DNA of 64,000 bases from the human T2T-CHM13v2.0 reference genome, Homo sapiens: assembly GCF_009914755.1 (NCBI RefSeq), contig NC_060945.1, one strand, 5' to 3'. This document shows, one piece after another, positions 17,351 through 30,617 of the stretch. The translations under genes were made by a program, and so were the position numbers. Position 1 is the first letter of the stretch, and every line of letters begins with the position of its first letter. Under the pieces are notes generated by a model. That model was not told where the DNA came from. It ran no database searches and saw only the letters and a list, made by a program, of their open reading frames with translations.

Positions 17351-18052
17351 ATAGAGCTACCATACAATCCAGCAATCCCAATCCTAGGCATATACCCAAA
17401 AGAATGGAAACCAGGATACTGAAGAGCTATCTGCACTCCCATGTTTATTGCAGCCTATTCACAGTAGCCAAGACCTGGGAGCAACCTAAGCGTCCATCAA
17501 CAGATGACTGGACAAAGAAAACGTGCTGCAGATACACAATGGAGCACTATCCAGCCACAAAAAAGAATGCGATATTGTCATTTGCAACAACATGGACGGA
17601 ACTGGAGGTCATTATGCTCAGTGAAATAAGCCAGACATCGAAAGACAAACATTGTATGTCCTTATTTATGTGTGGGAGCTAAAAATTAAAACACTGAACT
17701 CATGTTGATGGATGGTCATCAGAGGCTGGGAAGGGTAGTGGGGGGCAGGGAGGTAGGTGGGGATGGTTAATGGGGACAAAATAGTAGTTAGAAAGAATGG
17801 AAAAAACCTAATATTTGCTAGCACAACAGGGTGACTACAGTAAAAAATATTTTAATTGTACATTTTTAAATAACTAAAAGAATATAATTGGATTGTTTGT
17901 AACACAAAGGATAAATGCTTGAGGTGATGGACACCCCATTTACCCTGAGGTGATTATTACACATTGCATGTCTGTATCAAAATATCCCATATACCCCATA
18001 AAATATACACATACTGTGTACCCACAAAAATAAAAAATAAAAATTTTAAAAA
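17351..18052 (+). mobile_element. L1MA (L1MA1/2-like) 3' fragment
   Basis: ORF2 C-terminal remnant (ELPYNPAIPILGIYPKE; ILSFATTWTELEVIMLSEISQ) plus L1MA 3'UTR. TSD of about 21 bp, ttaagag(cctt/tcct)c(t/c)acatttca. Confidence 0.88.
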
Positions 18053-18120
18053 GCTTAAGAGTCCTCCACATTTCAGAAACATATATTTTTAAACATTAGG
18101 AAAAAGGTAGAAAAACAGTA

Positions 18121-18239
18121 GTCTATGGCCGTAAGAGCCCGCAGGCACCCTGCTTGTCCGATCACGGACGCTAAGCGGGGTTGGGCCTGGCTAGTACTTG
18201 CATGGGAGACCATGTAGGAATGCCGGGTGCTCTAGGCTT
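18121..18239 (+). pseudogene. RNA5SP491: 5S rRNA pseudogene, essentially full length
   Basis: Aligns end to end with human 5S (GTCTACGGCC...GCTAAGCAGGGTCGGGCCTGGTTAGTACTTGGATGGGAGACC...GGGTGCTGTAGGCTT) with one deletion. The symbol is from recollection of the HLCS locus and should be verified. Confidence 0.93.
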
Positions 18240-21200
18240 AAATTTAAGTAAGTCTAAGTAATTTAAAGAGATTTTTTTAAGACGACAGATTATAAGTCAA
18301 AGTGCCACCCTGTGGCACCCATGACTGTTCCTGCTGCAGAGATGCTCTGAGGATGCCATTCGTTCTCACATGGAATTCTTTCATGAAGATCCCAAAGAAA
18401 TTCCTGTCTGGTCTCACCTTCCAGAATACATCTACTTTTTTCTAAGCGTCTCTCTAAGTTTAATCTGTGACTTGTTGACTTCTTTACATCAGCTGTTAGT
18501 AAATCTAAAGACAAATTCCTAACTGATGAGATAAGCTGGATTACCTGAACATTACCATGGAGCCCCTCTGGGTTATCTAACACGGGAAGACCAGAGGCTT
18601 TCTCTCCTGGCAGAGAGGACCATACCCAGCTTCCCAGGGGCCCTCAAGTCCATGCACAGGGCAGCTGGATTTCCCAGACAATTCTGGTCAGCAGCCAACA
18701 AACACCCCAGGTCCTGCTGCTTGGTGCCAGGCCAGCTGCTGCCCCACTGACAAGGGGCTCTCACAATTCCTATGCCAAATGAAAGCAGTAAGGAAACAGA
18801 GTTCTTTCTCCAAAACACATTCACACTTCATGGCCAGCACAGAGCCCAGCACACCTCTCAGAGGGGTACCAGAAGGATCAGAGGACCAGATCCTTGGTAC
18901 ATCTGCCTCTAAAGCCTGATCGTTAAGCCATATTCTAAGACCTTGAGGACCCCACCCCAAGTCCTAGTGCACAATAGGTACCTCCTGCAAAGATGCAACC
19001 TGCCTGAAACCATCCCTCAGACACAGGACCCCGCTGAGGACATCACTTCCTCATCCCTGCCAGTGCACATCTCTGGTGCAGCTTCTCCTTTTGCCCCTCC
19101 CAATTTTAATTCAGGACCTGACAGATTTATAAATTGCCTCCAGTAATTTCTGGAACACAGCAGCACAGAAGAAGGAGAAGGAGGGAAACCAAAAGAAAAA
19201 ACACAAATTCTCTATCTTTCAATGCAAGTATAACTTTTTGCCATGGGTTTTGGCTTCCTATGACTCAGTGCACACTATCACCTCGAGATTCTCATGATGA
19301 ATAGGATTGAAAATGTCCTAAAATAGAGCCACCTTCAAACTGCAGTAAAACACCTTCCCAAGAGGGCACACAGGTACAAATGGTCTTAAGGGCAAAAAAA
19401 TCCACAGAGCCTCACTCTCCCATATGTGCTTTCCTAAAACACGTTATTTCGGAGCGAGCTTGGAGTTCAGGCACACAAAGCTCTATCTTTAAACCTCTCC
19501 TTAAACAACTGCCTTTCTCCCATGTGACAAAGAAAGGGAGAGCACTCACCCTCCCTGGGTGTAACTATGGAAGGAAGTATCCTGGAAGCGTAAAAACCTC
19601 CATGGGGCAACAGACAGGTCATACAAAATTCTGATGACAGCAAAAAATGTGCAGATCAAGGTTTTTATAACAGTATGTTTAAAACATGGGATAAAATACA
19701 AGTTTTTTTAAGTATGTTATTGTATTGATGAGGTAGTATTAAAATTAACCATTTCAATTTTCTCAAATAGTTTTAAGTACAGCAGATTAAACTAAATGTC
19801 TTTAACTAAAGCACTAACAGGTATAATGATAACAATTTGGTAAGTCACAGTAAAGTCTCTTAACTATCCTTCAGATATTAATAAAGTGAATAACTCTAAT
19901 AACCAGTAACAGATTCTTTCACAAATCAGGTGGGTTCCAGTTCTTTGCTTTCAACAAAACTGAAGGAGGACCTAACTGAGTTATTAAGTCAATAAAAATA
20001 ATTACTGATGAGAGTGCAATATAATTTTTGGCATATAACTTGTAAACATTTCAAAAAAACTGAGTGGCAATGCTGTTTTTAAAAATTAATTCCATCCAAA
20101 TGGAATTAACATTTGTTTTTGTTGTAGAAAAGCATCCTGGAGTGATTAATAAAAGACTTTTCAAGCATAAAAATGGGTTATATTAGTATATTGTTCTATG
20201 GGGAAGAATGGAAATATGAGTTCAAAAATATAAAATAACGATGTGAAATTTTGACTATTAAAAAAGAGTCTCATATAACTTTTAATGGATAATGGCAGGC
20301 ATCAAATAGGTATGGCATTTAAATTCATTGGATAAATTTTAGAAAGACATGAGACTCTTTGAACGTCAATATTTGTCATATGTTAAAAATCACATCCTAC
20401 AATTAAGCTTTTGATGAGAACTGTTAGATGTCAGCTTAAACACGTGTAAGGGGATTTACAGATTTTCAAAATTATTTTAGGGGTACACAACTAAGAACAC
20501 TGAACAATCACTGCTATAATGGCACCCTATTACTCTACCACAGGAACAAAAGCTCCCGGGGTTCCCACCAGAGACAGGCACATCTGGGGCACGGGGAAGG
20601 ACGCTTAGAGTGATGCTCATTTAAAAAGCTCATTTTAACAGGGAACAGTAAGACAAGCATCAAAAGGAAGTGCAGACTGTACAGATCCTTGGAGCTCTGC
20701 AGGGGGAGTGACTTCTTAGGCGCTGGTTTTCCTCCTGTTTATGAGAGTAGGACTAATAATTTGAGCAGTTCAAGGTGGGGAAAAGCTTAAGTACTGAGTG
20801 CACTGAGGAAGCAGAGGTCACAGGAAGGACCCCATAGCGAGGTCCTCTGTGGGTGCAGGACTGCCCCCTAGGGGACATTTCAGAACTCTATTTTTCTGGT
20901 TGTCATAATGACCAGAACGTAGTGCTCAGAGGGGCCAAGGATTCACGATGTCTTGCAACACACAAGGTCAGCCCTGGACAACAAGATTCTCCCACTATTA
21001 AAACAAATTTTTAATATTCCACTGGACACACATTTAGATGAAATACTTGTTCACAATGATCTGACTTGAGAATCTGATTCTATTTTTGCGGGTACACAGC
21101 AAGTACTTTCTGTACAGCGGTATTAAACTCTAAATATTCCAAAGATAGGACCACCATGTAAATCAAGGGGGAGTTGGGTAAAGTCCATACAAGCACAATC

Positions 21201-21458
21201 TGTTTCGCACTCTGAGACCAGATCATCTCAGGCTACACTATTCATAGTGTCCAGGCTGCCCAAGACCTTGCAGCCATCATATTCATGTTTTTTTTTTGTA
21301 TAGGTGCATGTGTCTATTTCATCACATCTTCTTAACAGTCAGATATGAGCACATATTCCGATGCATATTATTTTCTTTAACTTTTTATTTCTATATTGGT
21401 TTTTAGAATTATCTGTATAGATCGTTTATATAATGTATAAATCCAACTTCAAGAGGTT

Positions 21459-22087
<629 letters not shown>

Positions 22088-22117
22088 CAAAATATTTGTT
22101 ATAAAAAGAGATATGGA

Positions 22118-22465
22118 CATGCTACAACATGGGTGAATCTTGAAAATATTATGCTAGATCAAAGAAGCCAGAGGTGAAAGGCCGCATGTTATATGATTCC
22201 ATAGCTATGAAATGTCCAGAACAGGCAAATCCATAGAAACAGAAAGTAGATGGTGACACCCAGGGCTGGTGGGTGGGGGGCAGGGGGAAGGGGAGTGACT
22301 GCTAATGGGTACAGGGTTTCTTTTTGGGGTGATTTTAAAAAGTTCTAAATTTGAGTGTGGTGATGACCATACAAGTGAGAATATAATTTTAAAAACCACC
22401 GAATTAATTGTATGCTTTAAGTGGTTGAATTGTATGGGATGTGGTTTATATTTCAAAAAGCTTTT
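22118..22465 (+). mobile_element. L1MB (7/8-like) 3' end
   Basis: atgctacaacatgggtgaatcttgaaaatattatgcta ... ctgctaatgggtacagggtttctttttggggtga. Confidence 0.8.
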
Positions 22466-23928
22466 TTAAAGTATTGGTCAAATTTGGTTGAAAAGCGCTA
22501 CTCCAGACTTGCTCACATGGAAGAGAACTGGAGGGGAAAAAGGTAGGCCAGAACATCTAGGTGGGACCCCTACAGGGTTAAAACAGCTATGAAGTATCAG
22601 AACACTTCTGCTATTTAGACTGCGGAAGGCTTTCATTTTAAAGGACATACAAATGGCAATGAACATAGGTGAGACTTTCCAAAATAGAATCTATCTCAGA
22701 TTGCAAATAAATACCACGGCTTCTATGGGTCGAAAAGACATAAATAACACACACCACCGCCAATAGTAGTCCTTTGAAACCCTCCAGACCCAATTAACAC
22801 ACTAAGAAAGCATAAAAACATAAACTGTTCTAGGAAGTATATCATCAGGTAAGGTAACACAGTCCCCCCAGCAACAAAAAGAAAAATAGAAGGAAGGAAA
22901 AAAAAATGAATGTCCAAATAGCACCCACCACCAATAATCACCTAGTTAAGAGAAAACCACATCTAGGGATCAAGTTCCCTCACCTCAAGTTATGAGGCGG
23001 GTATGAGCCAGTGCATGAAACAGCTAATGTATTCTGAAATCAGAAAACCAGAGCAAAGGAACTAAGATTTACTAGCACGTAAAACCACACACACACACAG
23101 ACATACATACAAGGTAATTTCTCCAGGCAGCATCTTACTTTGATTACCTTAAATTAGTAATTTGCTAATGCAGGCAGTTCTCACTTTGCATGGTCCCACA
23201 TTAACTGAAAGTCACGCATGTCCATTGCAAACAGTGTAAAGTGAGGACACTGTTCTGATATGCACAAATTTCAGTTTACATGGCGCCATGCAAAGCAATA
23301 AATGCCTCTACCAAAATAGGTCAAACAACATGTTTAAAAGTCTTCTCTAATATGGAGGTCTGTTTGAAAACCCGTATCAGGATTGCTTATCTCTTGTTCA
23401 ACATTGCCGTTTCAAAACCCAAGCCACACCAGGTATTCATTCCAGTTCCAGGTCAGTTGCTTCAGCGATATTCCCAAAGGAGAACATGAACAAACCCTCA
23501 AGATCCTTTCTTCTTCCCTTTCTTTAACCTTTCTGTTTGTTCGATCCGATTCCAAAGCTGTAGGTGGAATGGCAGAAGGCAGGAGTGGGGTAGGAGAGAT
23601 ACAGAGAACCTCCGTCTCCTTGCTAGACTCTCCTCACTAGTCCTATTCCGAAGAGGTTCACAAGAATTCATGCTGTTTGGTCTTTCATTTGTGTACTACT
23701 GGAGGAAGTCCAGCTAGGTTACCAATGATACCAGCAGTCTTAGCAAGGCTTGGTAAGAAGATGAGCTGTCATGCCAATGTCCTCACATCGATCCTCCTTT
23801 GTTCACCCACCCCAAACCTCCAGGGCCCTCGCTGGGGCTCCTGCTCAGAGCTCCCACTCCTAGGATGGCATTTCAGTGGCCCAAGTTCTGGTGGCTTCAT
23901 CCAAGCTCCCCTCAACAAAGCAGAGTGA

Positions 23929-24297
<369 letters not shown>

Positions 24298-24709
24298 AGG
24301 ATCTTGTTTATTTTTTATTATATTTTAAACATTTTCATTAGATATTTAAAGTCATCAAGATTTTATAAAAAATTTCTTTCACTGCCCTTAAACTTAAGAA
24401 ATCTTATCTCATCAAGAGCATGACTAAATATCCACTTTATCCTCTCCTCCTCATTCATATTTTAATATTTAATTCACTCATTTATCTGGAGTCCTTTTTG
24501 ATACATCTCTAAAAGACAGATAATTCCACAATGAGTTGCTAGCTAAACATTACTTGAAATTTCAGGATGGGACTCTGTCCTCACCACCAAGCTTTGTTTC
24601 CAAGAGATGCCATGACTGATAAAACTGAGGTTGGAAAGATCAATGTCTTACAGAAAACAGAAGATTGGGGGGAAACGATTGAAACAGCACTGAATATGTT
24701 TATGAAATG

Positions 24710-25530
<821 letters not shown>

Positions 25531-26339
25531 AGCTTGGAGTTTTTTGTCTTTTGTCCTGGCATTCTTCCTTTCCTGACTTGGTTCTCCTAGAACCTCCCTG
25601 GCTTCTCACAAATGGTTTCTAAGCTGAAGAATCCATTGTTCTGAGTCTGACCTTGCACCCTCAGCTCTCCCCACTCTGCAAACTCCACTGGGACCCCCAC
25701 AGGGTCCACAAGAGGAGAGGGGAGCAGGACAACTGTAGTCTTGTTCTTTTGCGTAAGTGGACTGAGTTTTGCAGAGGTAGGAAGATGGAAGATTTTCATC
25801 TTTTAGTTTCAAAAGTCTGTCTCAAACCCACAGCTGGAGTGGCCTTGCTGCACAGAGCAGTGACTTTCATACAAGTTGTCTTGTGGTTAAAGGGCATCCA
25901 ACTCCAAACCCAGGAGTATCCCTCAACCTTTTGAATTTCGTTTAAAATAAAACTGTAGGATTTCAACAAGGAATAGAAGTGGTCCCAAGGTGGGCTTCAC
26001 AAACCACCATTCCCAGACATGTTTGTGGGGAAGCCTTCAGCAGCAATGCTGCTCAGGTGGGCATTCAGGCACAGTGACAAGGAGATGGGGAAGAAGACGG
26101 TTTCGCAATAATCAATTACACCACTGGAGGCTCCTGGCTGCCTAAGGGCACACTGGCCCTGACCCCATCCTGAAATTGTTCCTTGCAGGTCGCATATTTA
26201 CTCAATCAATATTCATGCAGAGTCCACTCTACAGCAGGCTCTAGGTCAGAATTAGCTGGATGAGAATGCTCGGGTTCCCTGCATGTGTGCACACACGAAC
26301 CCTATATATAGTACATTTTGCAGTGGGAGGGGTTACTTT

Positions 26340-26532
26340 TAATTGAGCACCTGCTTTGGTGTGTCTAATATAGTGTTTGATTTCAACCTTATTCTGAGTA
26401 GGCATTACTATTCCTTTTTTTCAAATGAGGAAACTAAGCAGAGACAGATCACATAACCTCCCCCAAGGTCAGCCAGCTAGTTAGTGGCGGGGCGGGACTC
26501 AAGCCAGGGTGATCAGACTCCAAAGCCATGCC
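26340..26532 (-). mobile_element. MIR (MIRb-like)
   Basis: tcaaatgaggaaactaagc ... cccaaggtcagccagctagttagtggc ... gactccaaagcc. Confidence 0.78.
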
Positions 26533-26600
26533 CCCTCCAGGAAGTCACACCCCTCCAGGAAGCCACACCCCTCCAGGAAGCCACACCCGCCAGGAAGTCA
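26533..26600 (+). repeat. 18-bp tandem repeat, about 4 copies (ccctccaggaagYcacac)
   Basis: Seen directly. Confidence 0.92.
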
Positions 26601-27249
26601 GGCTAATTCCCCAAACTAGCCACTAAAAGTGGCCAGGACTGGTCAGATCAACATGCAGAGAAAGCTGCTGATGTTTTATTGTTAATAAGGTCCCAAGTTC
26701 AAGTTTTATTTGGAGATGTTCAAATTTTAATTATTACTTTTAATTGAAATGCACTGTAATTTAATATTAATTTTTGTGTAAGTCAAATGAATTAGGCTAA
26801 ATTGCAACTTTCATTTTATTTTGGAAGGAGGAGAGGCTGAAGAAAAAAAGCAATAAATAAAAAGGAAAAATTATTTCTCTTAGAAATTCACCTGATAGAG
26901 AGGGATTACTGCATTTTCTAAACCATGTCTAGTTTAGACACGGCACATCTGGTATGATAGATGCTGTGTATGAATGGAAACAAGTTTAGGGTAATAAATG
27001 TTTCCCAGTGTTAAAATAAACGCCTCAGCGGTTCAGATTTTGGCCAGGCAGTTTCTCCACAGTAGGAGGCACTTATCTACTTTAACACTTTGCTACTTAG
27101 AAATTATCACTCAATCAATTACCGTCCACCTGGGTTTATTTTTACAGAGAGCTTCAATAAAATGAGTGTGAAAATAAGTTAAACACATTCTATTCATTTT
27201 CTCAATTTTTCACCTCTCCCAATGGTGGTTATGTTGACAGAAAAATTAC

Positions 27250-27365
27250 TTCATTTTATTTCAACAGACATTTATGGAATGCTGACCAGGTTCTGTGCTA
27301 AGGGCTGGGAGACAGGATATGACCAAGTGGAATGAAATGTGGTCCCTCTCATTACAGAGCATATA
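27250..27365 (-). mobile_element. L2 tail fragment
   Basis: ttcaacagacatttatggaatgc...ccaggttctgtgctaagggctggg. Confidence 0.6.
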
Positions 27366-27589
27366 TAACCTACCTTTTAGCACAGGCGGTGTCTCTACAG
27401 CCCAAATGAAGGCAACCACGAGAAAAATTCTGGACCCTACAATCTCCACAGCCCTCCCCTTCCTCCCCTACCACAAGAGACTGCCCTTTGCCCAGGTAAC
27501 GTCCCTGTGGTGTTTACCTATGTGGTCCGTCAAGCTCTCAGGTGCTTCCAGATATGGAAATACTCTTTCACCAAAAGATGTTTGTTATA

Positions 27590-27884
27590 CTTTCTTTTTT
27601 CTTTTTAAACTTTTCTTTTAGGTTCAGGGGTACATGTGCAGGTTTGTTTAATATAGGCAAACTCGTGTCAGAGGTTTGGTGTACAGACCATCTTGTCACC
27701 CAGGTACTAAGCCTAGTACCCAATAGATTTTTTCCTGATCCTCTCCCTCCTTTCACCCTCTACCCTCCAGTAGGCCACAGGGCCCATTGTTCCCCTCTTT
27801 GTGCTCATTGGTTCTCATTATTTAGCTCCCACTTGTAAGTGAGAACACACAGTATTTGGTTTTCTGTTACTGTGTTCGTTTGCT
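27590..27884 (-). mobile_element. L1PA13-16-type 3' end
   Basis: ttttaggttcaggggtacatgtgcaggtttg ... tttagctcccacttgtaagtgagaac. TSD ttatacttttctttt. Confidence 0.85.
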
Positions 27885-27961
27885 TATACTTTCTTTTAAA
27901 AGAGTACCTCCCTCTTACATCACTTCTGACGTAAGCTTTAGAATTTCTGTACCATCTGTCT

Positions 27962-28770
27962 TTTTAAAAATAATAGCTTTACTGAGACATAATTCAAATA
28001 CCATAAATCCACCCTTTCAAAGTATAAGACTCAACGGTCTTGATACTTTCACAAAGTTGTATAACCATTTCCACTATCTAATTCCAGATTCATCACCCCC
28101 AAAAGAAATCCCTCACACATTAGCAGCCACTCCCCATTCCTCTCTCCTCCACCCCCCTCAACCAATCTCCTGGCAACCACTGATCTATTATACTTACTAT
28201 CCCCATGGATTTGCCTATCCTAGGCATTTCCTATAAATGAAATCACACAACATGTGGTCTTCTTCTGTGTCTGACTTCTTTCATTTTAGCATAATGTTTT
28301 CAAGGTTCATCCATGGTACAGCATGCATCAGTACTGCATTCCTTTTTATGGCTCAATAATATTCCATCATATGACTAGACATTTTATTTATCCATTCATC
28401 CACTGATGGACATTTGGGTTGTTCCCACCTTTTGGCTATCATGAAGCGTGATGCCATGAATATCCACATGCAAGTTTTTGTGTGGACCTCTGTTTTCATC
28501 TCTCTTGGGTAGGTGTCTAGGAGCAGAGTTGCTGTATCACATGGTTAACTCTGTATTTAACCTTGCAAGGCGCTGCCTGTTTTCCAAAGCAGCTGCCCCA
28601 TTTTACATTCCCATCAACAGTGTGGAAGAGTTCCAGTGTCTCCACATCCTTGCGAATACTTGTTACTGCCTTTTTTCTGACAGCCCCAGGTGTGAGGTGG
28701 TATCTCATTGTGGTTTTGATTGGCATCTCCCTGATGGCTACTGATGTTGGGCATCTTTTCATGTGCTTAA
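27962..28770 (-). mobile_element. L1MB 3' fragment
   Basis: agctttactgagacataattca ... gatggacatttgggttgttcccacctttt ... ggtatctcattgtggttttgattggcat. Confidence 0.85.
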
Positions 28771-29149
28771 TAATAAATCTATTTTCCTTTACAAAATTTT
28801 CTTAGGTTTTTTGGGTATTCTTTCGAATTTCACATTTTGACCTACAAGTTCAGAACCTCTCCGCATCCGTTCCTCTCACCCTCCTGTAATGTGGTGTGGT
28901 CGCCTGTCTTTCAGCTCCTACAGTCGGGGCCTGGGCCACCATCGCTGCTCTCGCATGGCTGATGAGCCTTATAGAGCCTACATCACATCTCTTGGACCTG
29001 GAAGGGGAAGGAAGAGGAAAGGCCTGGAGACTCACCAAAAGGAAGGAATTCAGCAATGGCAGAAGTGAGCCCCGAAGTCCCAAAGTCTCTGGATTATTCT
29101 TTCCACCAAGCCATGTTACGCCCCTAATTCAACACTTGTCATTTCTCTT

Positions 29150-29270
29150 TCTCTCTTTTTTTTTTTTTTTTTAAAGCGACGGGGTCTCATTATGTTGCTC
29201 AGGCCTCAAGCGATCCTCCCACTTCAGCTTCCCGAATAGCTGGGACTACATCGCGCCACTGAGCCTGGCT
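29150..29270 (-). mobile_element. FLAM (free left Alu monomer) with internal deletion
   Basis: ggggtctcattatgttgctcagg...ctcaagcgatcctcccac. Confidence 0.75.
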
Positions 29271-29329
29271 TCACCATTTCTTAATTGCTACAAATTCCCC
29301 AAATCCCATGAGACAGAAATGTATGTTCA

Positions 29330-29865
29330 GTCATAAATATGAGTGCACATTATTCTCCCAGGCATGACATGGAACAAGTAAAACAGTAATCCTGCTTTCT
29401 GGGTGCAGAGTCAGTGAAGAAACATAAAAACAGTCGCATAGAATGATGCACAGAGATTTAGAAATAGCACCATAAAAGCTCTAAACAGGGAGATTCCACC
29501 TGGAGACATCAGCAAGGCTTGCAGAGGAGAGAGAACTGACCATCGCCGATCCACTGAGAAGGAATCAGATGGAAAATGTGGGGGTGGGGAATAATCAGGG
29601 ATGGGAACAGCACATTCAAAGATCCAGTTTCAGGAAATAGCAGGTGTTTAGTGAAACTAAAACAGAAAGCATGAGGGTCACAGGCGGGGTCACAGAAAGG
29701 GTCAAGGCTGGAAAGAGAGGCTGGGGCCAGTGCTTGTCAGTCTTCCCTGCCATGCTCAGGGTTGGGATTTTGTAGGTTCTGAAATGCAAAGCCTGTGAGT
29801 TTTTGAGAAAGGAAGGAACGTGATTAGATTTGCACTTAAAGACCTCACTGCAGCAACCACATCTC
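29330..29865 (-). mobile_element. L2 fragments
   Basis: gggaacagcacattcaaag ... tgattagatttgcacttaaagacctcactg, typical of antisense L2. Confidence 0.6.
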
Positions 29866-30312
29866 TGGATATCATACAGATAGATCTTTTCAGCATAGTA
29901 ATGAAAACTGAAAATTACTGCAAAATGCCTAAACTTGTTCAAGATTCTCTTTGTATCATTTCTTCTTGGCAAAGTTCCGCTGCTCAAGACCCAACAATTC
30001 ATCTCAACCACTCACCACAAGGTTAAGAAATGCTCTGATGCTGTGGTGTGGAACTCAGCTATGTGCCACAAAGTAGTGGGCTTCAAACCTTTGGCTTAAA
30101 TGTCCCCTAGTAGAATTACAAAAAAAACTATGAAAGCCCTGCATATTTTTAAGTTCACATAAAAGTTTTCCGTCTAAGCTAGGACAGTTGCAAAGGATGC
30201 AATTTCTGGTTTGGGATCAATATTGACATTTAAATGAAACTATTATATCACTCTTGTAAGTGTGTTCAAAGGAATCAAATTATCATAAAAATGTGTTATC
30301 CACCATCATCTA

Positions 30313-30617
<305 letters not shown>

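Noticed and set aside
18121-18239. Functional canonical 5S rRNA gene
   Set aside because: It has many substitutions, a 1-nt deletion, an altered box C, no immediate T-run terminator, and lies outside the tandem 5S cluster.
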